Of a stretch of DNA of 64,000 nt, positions 55,856-64,000 are shown piece after piece. The DNA lies in assembly GCA_044225175.1 (NCBI GenBank), contig JBGAJA010000006.1, positions 65,049 to 129,048 on the forward strand, in the 5' to 3' direction. Every line of letters begins with the position of its first letter. Within the stretch, counting starts at the first letter, position 1. A program made the position numbers and the translations under genes. Under the pieces are notes generated by a model, which made no database searches, was not told the DNA's origin, and worked only from the letters and a program-made list of their open reading frames with translations. Origin of the DNA: Candidatus Omnitrophota bacterium (GTDB lineage: Bacteria > Omnitrophota > Gorgyraeia > Zapsychrales > Fredricksoniimonadaceae).

Positions 55856-57574
55856 ATGCCCCCTCTTAACCAGCGTCTTATAGATATTTTTCAAAGAGAC
55901 AATCTCATCCCTTCCTCTGATATTGAACGTGCTGTCAAAGAGCATCAAAGTTCAGGACAAGAATTTAGTAGCATCCTCCTTAAGCTTAAGCTTATTTCAG
56001 AAGACCAATTAGCCATGTCCATTAGCGAAGCGCTTGATATCCCTATCATAAATTTATCTGTATTTAAGATTGATCCTACCTTGATCAAGCTGGTTCCTCG
56101 TTCCATGGCCAACAAATATCATTTGATTCCATTATCTCGTATCGGAGATCAATTGACGCTGGCAATTAAAGATCCTTTAAATATTTTTGCCATTGATAAT
56201 GTGAGGGCTGCGACCGGAATGACAGTCAATGTGGTCATGGCCAGATCTAAAGATATTCAAATGGCTATCAATAAGCTTTATACGGAAGAATCAACAGATA
56301 CTCTCGATGATATTTTAAAGGACATCAAGGAGTCTGAAGATCTAGAACTGGTCAAAGAGGGCCCTGCAAGTTCAAATAACAAAGAAGTGGAAGATCTCTC
56401 CAAAGAAGCTCCCATTATTACTTTAACAAATACGATTATTCTCCAGGCTATCTCTGCCAAGGCGAGTGATATTTTTATAGAGCCCATGGAAAATGCTCTT
56501 AGGATCAGGTATCGGGTGGATGGTTTTATTCGAGAGATGGATCGTATGTCTAAAGTCCTTCATTTTTCAATCATTTCTCGTATTAAGGTCATTTCTAATC
56601 TGGATATTGCAGAACATCGTCTGCCTCAGGATGGCCGATTTCGCATCAGTGATTCTAAGGGGGATGAAATTGATTTTCGTGTCAGTGTTCTTCCGACTGC
56701 ATTGGGCGAAAAGATTGTTATGAGAGTTTTGGATAAGAACCTAGACATGTTAGATTTAGATAAATTAGGATTTGAAGAGGATTCGTTGGTGAGGCTAAAA
56801 GAAGTTTGCACAAGACCACATGGATTGATCTTGGCTTGCGGTCCGACGGGAAGTGGAAAGACAACGACTCTATACTCCATACTTAAAGCTATTGATGATC
56901 CGGGAAAAAATATTATTACCGTTGAAGATCCTGTTGAGTTTCAGATGAAAGGTTTTAATCAGGTCAATATCCGTTCTGAGGTCGGATTGACATTTCCTTC
57001 AGCGTTACGGTCTATCCTTCGGCAAGATCCTGATGTAATTTTAATCGGAGAAATTCGAGATTCTGAGACGTTGGATATTGCTGTCAAAGCAGCTTTGACA
57101 GGCCACTTGGTTGTCTCTTCTTTACACACAACAACTGCGGCCGGTTCCATTACTCGTATGATTAACATGGGTGTTGAACCTTTTCTGGTATGTTCTTCTG
57201 TTGTTGCCATTGTAGCTCAGCGTCTCATTCGTCGTTTGTGTATTAAATGCCGCCAGTCCTATACTTTATCTCCTGAAGGTATTAAAGAGTTTCAAGTCAA
57301 CGAACTTATGCCTAATCACAACATGGTCTTTTATAAGCCTAAGGGATGTGATCATTGTTTTAATACGGGATACAAAGGGCGGGTTGGAATTACAGAAACA
57401 TTGGTGCTGACTGCTGAGATTAGAGAGTTGGTTTTAGCTCGTGCCTCTGAGATGGATATTAAGAAAAGTGCTAGAAAAAGTGGTATGAAAACAATGAGAG
57501 AAGATGCTGTTATGAAAGCTTGTCGGGGATTTACGAGTTTAGAAGAAGTGGTTCGTTTAACCATGTATGATTAA
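55856..57574 (+). CDS. pilB: Type IV pilus assembly ATPase PilB (GspE family), copy 1
   Basis: N-terminal MshEN/T2SSE_N domains, Walker A GPTGSGKTT, Asp-box, Walker B, His-box and a tetracysteine motif (CIKC…CDHC). Confidence 0.85.
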   Translation: MPPLNQRLIDIFQRDNLIPSSDIERAVKEHQSSGQEFSSILLKLKLISEDQLAMSISEALDIPIINLSVFKIDPTLIKLVPRSMANKYHLIPLSRIGDQLTLAIKDPLNIFAIDNVRAATGMTVNVVMARSKDIQMAINKLYTEESTDTLDDILKDIKESEDLELVKEGPASSNNKEVEDLSKEAPIITLTNTIILQAISAKASDIFIEPMENALRIRYRVDGFIREMDRMSKVLHFSIISRIKVISNLDIAEHRLPQDGRFRISDSKGDEIDFRVSVLPTALGEKIVMRVLDKNLDMLDLDKLGFEEDSLVRLKEVCTRPHGLILACGPTGSGKTTTLYSILKAIDDPGKNIITVEDPVEFQMKGFNQVNIRSEVGLTFPSALRSILRQDPDVILIGEIRDSETLDIAVKAALTGHLVVSSLHTTTAAGSITRMINMGVEPFLVCSSVVAIVAQRLIRRLCIKCRQSYTLSPEGIKEFQVNELMPNHNMVFYKPKGCDHCFNTGYKGRVGITETLVLTAEIRELVLARASEMDIKKSARKSGMKTMREDAVMKACRGFTSLEEVVRLTMYD

Positions 57575-57586
57575 CATATTTAACTT

Positions 57587-59290
57587 ATGGAATCGACTAG
57601 AGATAAAATATTCAATGCGCTTCGTCAATTGCCTAATGTTAATCAGGCAGATTTAAATGTATTGATGGTGGCGGGACGAGAGAAAGAATCGAGCCTTACT
57701 AAAGCTTTGATTAAGCAAGGCATTATTTCCGAGAAGGATTTGCTGATTTTGCTTATTCGTGAACTTCGAATTCCTTCCATTGATCTAGGTAAATATCGTT
57801 TAGAAGAACGATTAAAAGAATATATCCCTGAGAAAACTGCTAAACAATACAATATTGTTCCTCTTTCTATATTTGGTGAAACGCTTACGATTGCTGTATC
57901 TGATCCTTTGAATGTTTTTCTTGCTGATGATTTAAGAAATATCACCGGTAAGACTATAGACATTGTTCTTGCTAGCGACTCCCAAATCTCACGTGCTATA
58001 GACCAGTTTTATGCTTCCGCTTCTGAAACTTTAGCTAAAGTGACTGAAAATATGCCAGAAGCAAGTTTAGATATTATTGATGAAAGTGGTGATCAATTCA
58101 ATTTTGGTTCTGAGGTAGGGGAACAAGCGCCTGTTATTCGTATGGTCAATTTGATTATTAAGGAAGCTATTCGTCAGAGGGCTTCAGATATTCATATGGA
58201 ACCAACAGAGACAGGGATGAGAGTTAGATACCGTATTGATGGGATTTTGCAAGACATTATGACGGTTCCCTTTGAAAGTCAAAATGCTGTTGTTGTTCGT
58301 ATTAAAATCATGTCTCGTCTAGACATTACTTCATTTCAAACCCCTCAAGACGGTCGTTTTAAGATGCGTATGCCAAGCGGGGAGATTGATTTTCGTATTT
58401 CTTTACTTCCGACGACCCATGGACAAAAAGTAGTCATGAGAGTCTTAGATAAAGCAAATCTTTCTGTGGGTTTGAATAAATTAGGTTTTTCAAAAAGGTC
58501 TATGGAGATATTAGAAGAAGCCATTTATAAACCATTTGGAATGATTCTCATTACAGGGCCTACGGGAAGTGGAAAGTCAACGACCCTTTATTCATTGATT
58601 AATAAATTGAATACTCCGGAACGAAACATAATTACTGTCGAGGAGCCTGTTGAATATTTGATTGAAGGTTTAACGCAGATTGAAGTCAGACAAGACATTG
58701 GTTTGACCTTTGCTACTGGATTACGAGCTATTCTTCGTCAGTCTCCAGATATTGTCATGGTGGGAGAAATTCGCGATAAAGAAACAGCGGATATTTCGAT
58801 CAAGGCTTCTTTAACAGGACAAATGGTCCTGTCTACCTTACACACGAATGATGCGGCAGGAGCATTGACTCGTCTTGTTGATATAGGATTAGAACCATTT
58901 CTTGTTGCCTCCAGTTTGGTTGTCGTATGTGCTCAAAGGCTTTGTCGCCGGCTTTGTCCTCATTGTAAGGTCCCCGTTGAGGTTCCGGAGTCTGCCTTAA
59001 GAAGAATCAAAGATAAAGTTAAACCCGGGACAGTTTTTTATGAAGGCAAGGGATGTGATCGATGTCGTCATAAGGGATATTTAGGTCGTATGGGGGTCAC
59101 GGAGATTTTGCAAATAGATGATCATATTCGTGACATGTTGCTGCGAGGAGAATCATCAGATGCTATTTCACATTATGCGCAAGAAAAACAAGGGATGAAA
59201 TTGCTTTTCGATGATGGCCTTGATAAAATGTTTCAAGGTGAGACGACATTATCAGAAGTTATGCGTATTGCTTCAGCAGGATCAGAGTAA
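57587..59290 (+). CDS. Type IV pilus assembly ATPase PilB/GspE family, copy 2
   Basis: Same domain set: GPTGSGKST, and CPHC…CDRC. Confidence 0.85.
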   Translation: MESTRDKIFNALRQLPNVNQADLNVLMVAGREKESSLTKALIKQGIISEKDLLILLIRELRIPSIDLGKYRLEERLKEYIPEKTAKQYNIVPLSIFGETLTIAVSDPLNVFLADDLRNITGKTIDIVLASDSQISRAIDQFYASASETLAKVTENMPEASLDIIDESGDQFNFGSEVGEQAPVIRMVNLIIKEAIRQRASDIHMEPTETGMRVRYRIDGILQDIMTVPFESQNAVVVRIKIMSRLDITSFQTPQDGRFKMRMPSGEIDFRISLLPTTHGQKVVMRVLDKANLSVGLNKLGFSKRSMEILEEAIYKPFGMILITGPTGSGKSTTLYSLINKLNTPERNIITVEEPVEYLIEGLTQIEVRQDIGLTFATGLRAILRQSPDIVMVGEIRDKETADISIKASLTGQMVLSTLHTNDAAGALTRLVDIGLEPFLVASSLVVVCAQRLCRRLCPHCKVPVEVPESALRRIKDKVKPGTVFYEGKGCDRCRHKGYLGRMGVTEILQIDDHIRDMLLRGESSDAISHYAQEKQGMKLLFDDGLDKMFQGETTLSEVMRIASAGSE

Positions 59291-59300
59291 TGGAGGGAAA

Positions 59301-59726
59301 ATGGATCAGAAGTTGATGATAGGGGAGATTTTAATTAAGCGTAAGCTTATCACACAAGAGCAGCTTGATGAGGCGCTTGATATACAGAAAAAAGAAAAAG
59401 GTTTTATAGGTGAAATTTTAGTTAAGTTGGGGTATCTTGAAGAGCAAGATATTGTAGTAGCTTTGGTTGTCCAATGTGATTTGCCCTACATTGCCATAAA
59501 TAAGTACGACGTTATGCCAGAGATTCTCAAAATGATCCCTAAGGATGTGGCGATGAGAGAGAGAATTGTTCCATTGGACTGTATTGGAAATATTTTGAGT
59601 GTGGTGATGATGAGTCCTTGCAGTGAAGAAAAGAAAGTTTATTTGGAAGAAATAACAAAGTGTAAAGTGGCTACTTTTATTTCAACTAAGACTGAAATTG
59701 ATCAAGCAATTCAACGTTTGTATTAA
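59301..59726 (+). CDS. Standalone T2SSE_N/MshEN-like domain protein, second copy
   Basis: 141 aa from the ATG at 59301, with a GGAGGG RBS. MIGEILIKRKLITQEQLDEALDIQ matches the MshEN motif except that the central Gly is Lys. Confidence 0.55.
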   Translation: MDQKLMIGEILIKRKLITQEQLDEALDIQKKEKGFIGEILVKLGYLEEQDIVVALVVQCDLPYIAINKYDVMPEILKMIPKDVAMRERIVPLDCIGNILSVVMMSPCSEEKKVYLEEITKCKVATFISTKTEIDQAIQRLY

Positions 59727-59743
59727 TAAATTGAGGTCTAAAT

Positions 59744-60961
59744 ATGCCAACATACAAATATGTAGCTCGTGATCAAGAAGGTAAAAATGTTTCAGGTAAA
59801 ATTGCTGCTGATAATGAGACTTTAATTGTTGCGGAACTTCGTAAACGAAATTTAATTATTGTTACAATTGACGAGGAAAGATCTTCTTCTGCTCAAACTG
59901 CTACCCCTAAGTTTAAGGGGGGCAAGAAAATGAAGTCTGAAGACATTGTTATTTTTACCCGTCAATTCGCCACAATGGTGGATGCGGGCATTCCCATTTT
60001 ACAATGTCTGGAAGCATTAGGGGAGCAAGCTTCAAATCCTTCGTTTAAATCAACAATCAGCGTTATTCGAGAAGATATTCAGCTAGGAAGTAGCCTTTCT
60101 TCAGCATTTGCAAAGCATCCTCAGGTATTTGATCAATTGTACATCAATATGTTAAGGGTTGGGGAAACGGGGGGTATTCTAAGTACGATTCTTGATCGTG
60201 TTGCATTGTATTTAGAAAAATCTGAGAAATTGAAACAGAAAGTTCAAGCGGCTATGATCTATCCTGCAGTTGTAGTAGGAATGGCTTTAGCGATCACAAC
60301 ACTACTTCTTGTTAAGGTTGTTCCAACATTTGCCCAGATTTACGATTCTTTAGGTCAGAAATTGCCTGCTATGACGCAAGTGTTAATTGATACTAGTAAT
60401 TTTCTGCAGCATCAGTTTATTTTAATCATTGGTATCATTGTTGCGGTGGTTGTTGGATTTAACAGATACCGTAAAACTAAACAAGGAAGGTACCAAACAG
60501 ATTCAATTGCATTACAATTGCCTATTTTTGGAGATTTAATTTGTAAAGTCTCGGTTAGTCGTTTTAGCCGAACTTTCTCTACGTTATCTCAAAGTGGGGT
60601 TGCGATTTTGGAAACATTAGATATTGTTGGCAAAACTTGTGGAAATAGTGTGATTGAGGCTTTAGTTGATGAGGTTAAGCTGAGTGTGCGTGAAGGTGAA
60701 AGTATTGCTATTCCTTTGTCTAAAAGTAAAGTTTTCCCCCCCATGGTTACGCGTATGATTTCAATTGGAGAAAAATCAGGTCAACTTGAAAAAATGCTTT
60801 CTAAAGTTGCTGAATTCTATGATGATCAAGTTGACACTGCGGTTGAAGGTTTGACTAAGTTAATTGAGCCTTTGATCATCGCTTTCTTGGGAATCGTGGT
60901 TGGTTTTATTGTCGTTGCTTTATTTATGCCAATTTTAAATTTAACTGCAAACATGCGTTAA
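59744..60961 (+). CDS. pilC: Type IV pilus inner-membrane platform protein PilC (GspF family)
   Basis: 405 aa with two GspF repeats and three TM segments. Confidence 0.85.
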   Translation: MPTYKYVARDQEGKNVSGKIAADNETLIVAELRKRNLIIVTIDEERSSSAQTATPKFKGGKKMKSEDIVIFTRQFATMVDAGIPILQCLEALGEQASNPSFKSTISVIREDIQLGSSLSSAFAKHPQVFDQLYINMLRVGETGGILSTILDRVALYLEKSEKLKQKVQAAMIYPAVVVGMALAITTLLLVKVVPTFAQIYDSLGQKLPAMTQVLIDTSNFLQHQFILIIGIIVAVVVGFNRYRKTKQGRYQTDSIALQLPIFGDLICKVSVSRFSRTFSTLSQSGVAILETLDIVGKTCGNSVIEALVDEVKLSVREGESIAIPLSKSKVFPPMVTRMISIGEKSGQLEKMLSKVAEFYDDQVDTAVEGLTKLIEPLIIAFLGIVVGFIVVALFMPILNLTANMR

Positions 60962-60967
60962 TCATTT

Positions 60968-61963
60968 ATGAAGCCCGTGAAGATATTTCAGTTTTTCTTA
61001 ACAGTATTCATTTCTTTTGTTTGCTTTCCGGCAAAAGCAGAGGAAGCTTTCTCGGAGAATTTAGCTCAGAGTTTGGTTGAGCTGAAGAATAATGTGGAGC
61101 AATTAACTGTCTCCAATCAAACTCTGGCGCTAAAAAATGATCAACTCAAAGCAGATTTAAAAGGCATTCAAATTACTTCCCAGAAATTGTTGCAAGAAAA
61201 TAGTCGTCTTGAAGCGGATAAAGCTAAATTACAGGAATCAACCCCTCTTAAAGCTGAGCAAATTGAGCGAGAAAATAAAAACATTGCTGATTTGGATCAA
61301 CAAATCGCCTCTTTGGCTCAGCAAACTAAAGATTTTCAAAATACTTTGGAAAGTAAGGAAAAAGAAGAAAAAGATTTGTCTGGGCAAATGCAACAATTAT
61401 CTCAACCGAAGGAAAAGGTTTCAGAAGACCTGCCTGTTAATTTATCAAAAGTTTTATTACAGAAGCAAAAAGAAAAACTTGCCATACTTAAATTGATTTC
61501 TGAGAGTGAGAACCGTCAGCAAATGTTGCAGGAGAAATTCTTAGATTCTAAGAAAGTCGTTCCTGGAGAAGGTAGTCTTGATAATGATAAAACGCCTAAA
61601 AAGGAATACCTTAATGCTCAGATTGTCCAATTGCAAGATGAAATTGGGCGTCTCAACGCGTTTTTAAGTGCTGATTCAAAAAGTGGTTGGAGTGAACAGC
61701 AAATTCAAGAGTTAGAGGGAAGTGTTAATAAGTTAGAGAGAAATAGCGAGGAATTAAGAGCATTAATTAAAAGAATGCAATTTAAGGCCCAACAATTAGA
61801 CAGCAAAAAAGATCAAAATTATGAACATGCTAAGATTCAATCACAGCTTGACCAACTTAAACGCGACAGGCGTAGTTTAAAAATTGATTTGGCTGAACTC
61901 CAGCAGCAAATGGTTATTTTAGACAAAAGAAAATCTTCTCTGGAAGCGCTTTCTAGAAAATAG
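60968..61963 (+). CDS. Secreted coiled-coil protein (Q/K/E/L-rich), hypothetical
   Basis: It has a signal peptide (…FVCFPAKA) followed by about 300 aa of heptad-like coiled coil. It lies between pilC and the pilin gene. Confidence 0.4.
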   Translation: MKPVKIFQFFLTVFISFVCFPAKAEEAFSENLAQSLVELKNNVEQLTVSNQTLALKNDQLKADLKGIQITSQKLLQENSRLEADKAKLQESTPLKAEQIERENKNIADLDQQIASLAQQTKDFQNTLESKEKEEKDLSGQMQQLSQPKEKVSEDLPVNLSKVLLQKQKEKLAILKLISESENRQQMLQEKFLDSKKVVPGEGSLDNDKTPKKEYLNAQIVQLQDEIGRLNAFLSADSKSGWSEQQIQELEGSVNKLERNSEELRALIKRMQFKAQQLDSKKDQNYEHAKIQSQLDQLKRDRRSLKIDLAELQQQMVILDKRKSSLEALSRK

Positions 61964-62418
61964 AAACCATTGATATTAAAAGGTTTATGTCATTTTATCG
62001 GTGGCCAAATTTGACAGTCTTCTGGGAGGATGCTACACTTTAGGTGTGGTTGTATAGCTATTTGATAAAGGGATTTTTAAACACCGGGATTACTGGGGAA
62101 ATGCAGATTGAGAGAATACAATGTCCTTCTATATACTCAATAATGCTCAATCCTGCCTAAAATGCTCCTAATCCAAACAAAAGACAGATGGACTGTGTCT
62201 TTAAAAGATGAGAAAATTAAAGACAAAAAAGAACATTTTGTTCTTTAAAAAAGCAAATCGTTGTTTTAGTATACTGGCAACGAGAAAGGAGGAGCTAAGC
62301 AAAAAGGTTTTGTCTTAGTAGTTGTTGAGATCTTTAAGGGAAAAATCTCGTTATCATACATACAAAATACTCTTAAAACTCAATACATTTTAATGGTTTA
62401 ATTTTAAGGAGAATAAAC

Positions 62419-62820
62419 ATGAGAAAATTCACATCTAAATCTTCAGGGTTCACATTAGTGGAAATTATGATCGTTGTTGCGATCATCGCTTTATTAGCGG
62501 CAATCGCAATTCCAAACTTGCTTCGTGCTAAGATGTCAGCTAATGACGCTTTAGCTAAAGCAACCATTCGTTCTATGTCAACTGCAGCTGAAAGTTTTGC
62601 TACAGCCCAACAAGGTAATTATCCAGCTGATGAAGCATCATTAACAAATGCTACTCCACCATATGCTAATAAAGCATATTGTACTCAAACCATTTCGGGT
62701 TATACGTATACTTGCCCAACAATGGATACAAGTGGTTATACTTTTGTGGCAACACCTGTAACTACTGGGACATCAGGTTCAACAACATACACAGTTACAA
62801 CAGGTGGTGTTTTGAACTAA
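62419..62820 (+). CDS. Type IV pilin (prepilin with N-terminal cleavage/methylation motif)
   Basis: MRKFTSKSSG|FTLVEIMIVVAIIALLAAIAIPNLL gives G-1, F+1 and E+5. The C-terminal half is Thr/Ser/Gly-rich. Confidence 0.75.
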   Translation: MRKFTSKSSGFTLVEIMIVVAIIALLAAIAIPNLLRAKMSANDALAKATIRSMSTAAESFATAQQGNYPADEASLTNATPPYANKAYCTQTISGYTYTCPTMDTSGYTFVATPVTTGTSGSTTYTVTTGGVLN

Positions 62821-62845
62821 GCTGTAAAGCATTAAATGGTTTATT

Positions 62846-62880
62846 AAAGACCTCGCTAGTATTAGCGAGGTCTTTTTTTA
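62846..62880. terminator. Rho-independent terminator (13-bp stem AAAGACCTCGCTA/TAGCGAGGTCTTT, then a T-run) after the pilin gene. It may be bidirectional with the convergent DUF2079 gene.
   Basis: Read directly from the sequence. A T7 tract follows on the plus strand, and the stop codon of the minus-strand gene lies within it. Confidence 0.55.
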
Positions 62881-63999
62881 TGGGTGGATTTGTTTATAAA
62901 CTCGAATACTGTTGCGGTTAAAGATTTCAGTGTAGCGGTCATCTTGGGTGGCCTCGTTAGTATCCAAAATCATATACTCGCCTTTACGTGGATCACTTAA
63001 TAGAAAATAGTCTCTTCTACTTGAAAAATACCCTGCTAGATATTTAGGAATGCTGACAGATGCTTCTTTTGGAATCAAAAGGGCAGCTTCATTTAATGTT
63101 TTAGTGTAAATTTTGTTCTCTTTTAGGCTTAAATAATCACTCCAAAGAAAGAAATGGCTCACTGTGCATACTAGTAAGAACCAGGAAAGAGTTGTTTGAA
63201 TCTTATGGAGAGGAAGTTTAAATTTATTGAGTAAATTTAAAGAGAGCTTGCTAACGGTAGCCGCGCAGGCAATGATCAGGAAACAGCTTATGATGATGTT
63301 ATAGTGCCATGTAGGATATATTAATGGACGAGATGCTAAGAGATTAATAAGTAGTTCTGGCAATCCGATAAGAAAAATCACAGAACCAAAGGGAAGGAAC
63401 ACGATTAAAGGTGACAAAAGGAGGTAAACTAAACAAAACTTATTCCATTGTCCTAAATTTGTCTCCTTTAGCCCCAAAATTATATTATTGAGTATAGAAG
63501 TGTCAGCATGGGTGAAGTTTCTTTTAATTTCAACAATCAACCACGCTGGAGCCGGATCAACATTATAAATCATTTGAAAATGAGACATGATCCACAGTGA
63601 AAAAAAGGCCCAGAAGATTCCTAGAATAATAGGAGTTAAAATCCATTCTTTTTGTCGTCTCAACACGAGAGCATAGAGCCCAAGCATGACCGAGATAATG
63701 GCTAGATGCTCCTTAACGCTTAGGGATATCAATAGAAAAAGAATAAACTCCCTGAATTTACTCTTTAAGAAGAAATAAAAGCAGAATAGCAGAAAAGGAG
63801 GCAGAAATACCATTTCATGAGGTGCATTAAAGTTTTGTCCAACTATAAAGGGAAAGAATAAATAACTAATTGAGAAAAGTAGAGCAGCTTTTTCATTAAG
63901 AAAATGCTTAGCAACAAGAAAAAAAGGGAAAGCGGAGAATCCTATAAAACATGTTTTAAGTATAAGAAGTGTTTGAGGGGATGGGTACAGTGCGTACAA
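62878..63999 (-). CDS. DUF2079-like polytopic membrane protein, N-terminally truncated by the window end
   Basis: 373 aa in window. It is highly hydrophobic and shows DUF2079-like features (…VAKHFLNEKAALLFSISYLFFPFIVGQNFNAPHEMVF…). The ORF runs to the window edge. Confidence 0.4.
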   Translation of the reverse strand: MYALYPSPQTLLILKTCFIGFSAFPFFLVAKHFLNEKAALLFSISYLFFPFIVGQNFNAPHEMVFLPPFLLFCFYFFLKSKFREFILFLLISLSVKEHLAIISVMLGLYALVLRRQKEWILTPIILGIFWAFFSLWIMSHFQMIYNVDPAPAWLIVEIKRNFTHADTSILNNIILGLKETNLGQWNKFCLVYLLLSPLIVFLPFGSVIFLIGLPELLINLLASRPLIYPTWHYNIIISCFLIIACAATVSKLSLNLLNKFKLPLHKIQTTLSWFLLVCTVSHFFLWSDYLSLKENKIYTKTLNEAALLIPKEASVSIPKYLAGYFSSRRDYFLLSDPRKGEYMILDTNEATQDDRYTEIFNRNSIRVYKQIHP

Positions 64000-64000
64000 T

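Noticed and set aside
61209-61496. 95-aa ORF in an alternative plus-strand frame inside the coiled-coil gene
   Set aside because: It is a same-strand overlapping frame with an Lys/Asn-rich, low-complexity translation, an artefact of the AAG/AAA-rich coiled-coil gene.
62040-62418. Possible sigma-54 (-24/-12) promoter upstream of the pilin gene
   Set aside because: I checked several GG…GC candidates (for example TGGGAGGATGC at ~62023 and CTGGCAACGAG at ~62271). None has the required 10-nt GG-GC spacing with a TTGC -12 element.
1-64000. CRISPR arrays, IS elements, integrases, prophage or toxin-antitoxin genes
   Set aside because: None was found. The only tandem repeats are in-frame protein repeats inside the giant gene. 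No transposase- or integrase-like ORF, and no terminal inverted repeat pairs, were seen.

Overview
This window is AT-rich, gene-dense bacterial chromosome from a diderm (Gram-negative-type) organism, inferred from LptF/G, TonB-ExbBD, type IV pilus genes and OMP-like proteins. Most ORFs match well-known families with hallmark motifs. I assign no precise taxon; the low-GC, streamlined style with giant ORFs is reminiscent of candidate-phylum genomes (for example Omnitrophota-like), but that is a guess.

Contents, left to right:
1. An iron-uptake block: PiuC-like oxygenase (partial), PepSY/PiuB-like, ExbB, ExbD, TonB, a small unannotated FeoB-associated Cys-rich ORF, tandem-FeoA, FeoB, and a putative OM beta-barrel.
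2. Housekeeping genes: TsaE, TsaB, Alr, LptG/F, ComF, PyrE, Maf, an M48 peptidase, DUF192, and a histidine kinase with a receiver-only response regulator.
3. A roughly 15 kb envelope-glycosylation locus (16.1-30.9 kb). It holds three SAM methyltransferases (one fused to a GT2), a DPM1-like GT2, and at least three recognisable GT-C membrane glycosyltransferases (GT39/83-like, YfhO/PTPS-related, ArnT-like). It also holds three tandem paralogous polytopic proteins of an unrecognised family, the first fused to an acyltransferase-3 domain.
4. A pyruvate dehydrogenase operon (E1-E2-E3) and a tRNA-Leu(CAG).
5. Two giant secreted paralogs (1740 aa and 1352 aa) that share N- and C-terminal modules but have unrelated middles. 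One carries 8x 219-bp and 5x ~243-bp tandem repeats. Between them sit glycogen-metabolism genes (GlgB, GH57, MalQ) and a DsbA plus MauE/DoxX-like pair.
6. A DCC thiol-disulfide oxidoreductase and an FtsW/RodA gene.
7. A type IV pilus module with two tandem PilB ATPases, each adjacent to a standalone MshEN (T2SSE_N) domain protein, then PilC, a coiled-coil protein and a pilin.
8. A DUF2079 membrane protein truncated by the window end.

I found no CRISPR arrays, no rRNA and no obvious mobile elements. The most novel-looking candidates are (a) the GT-C-rich locus with the triplicated unknown-family membrane proteins and (b) the giant secreted paralog pair with recently expanded repeats.
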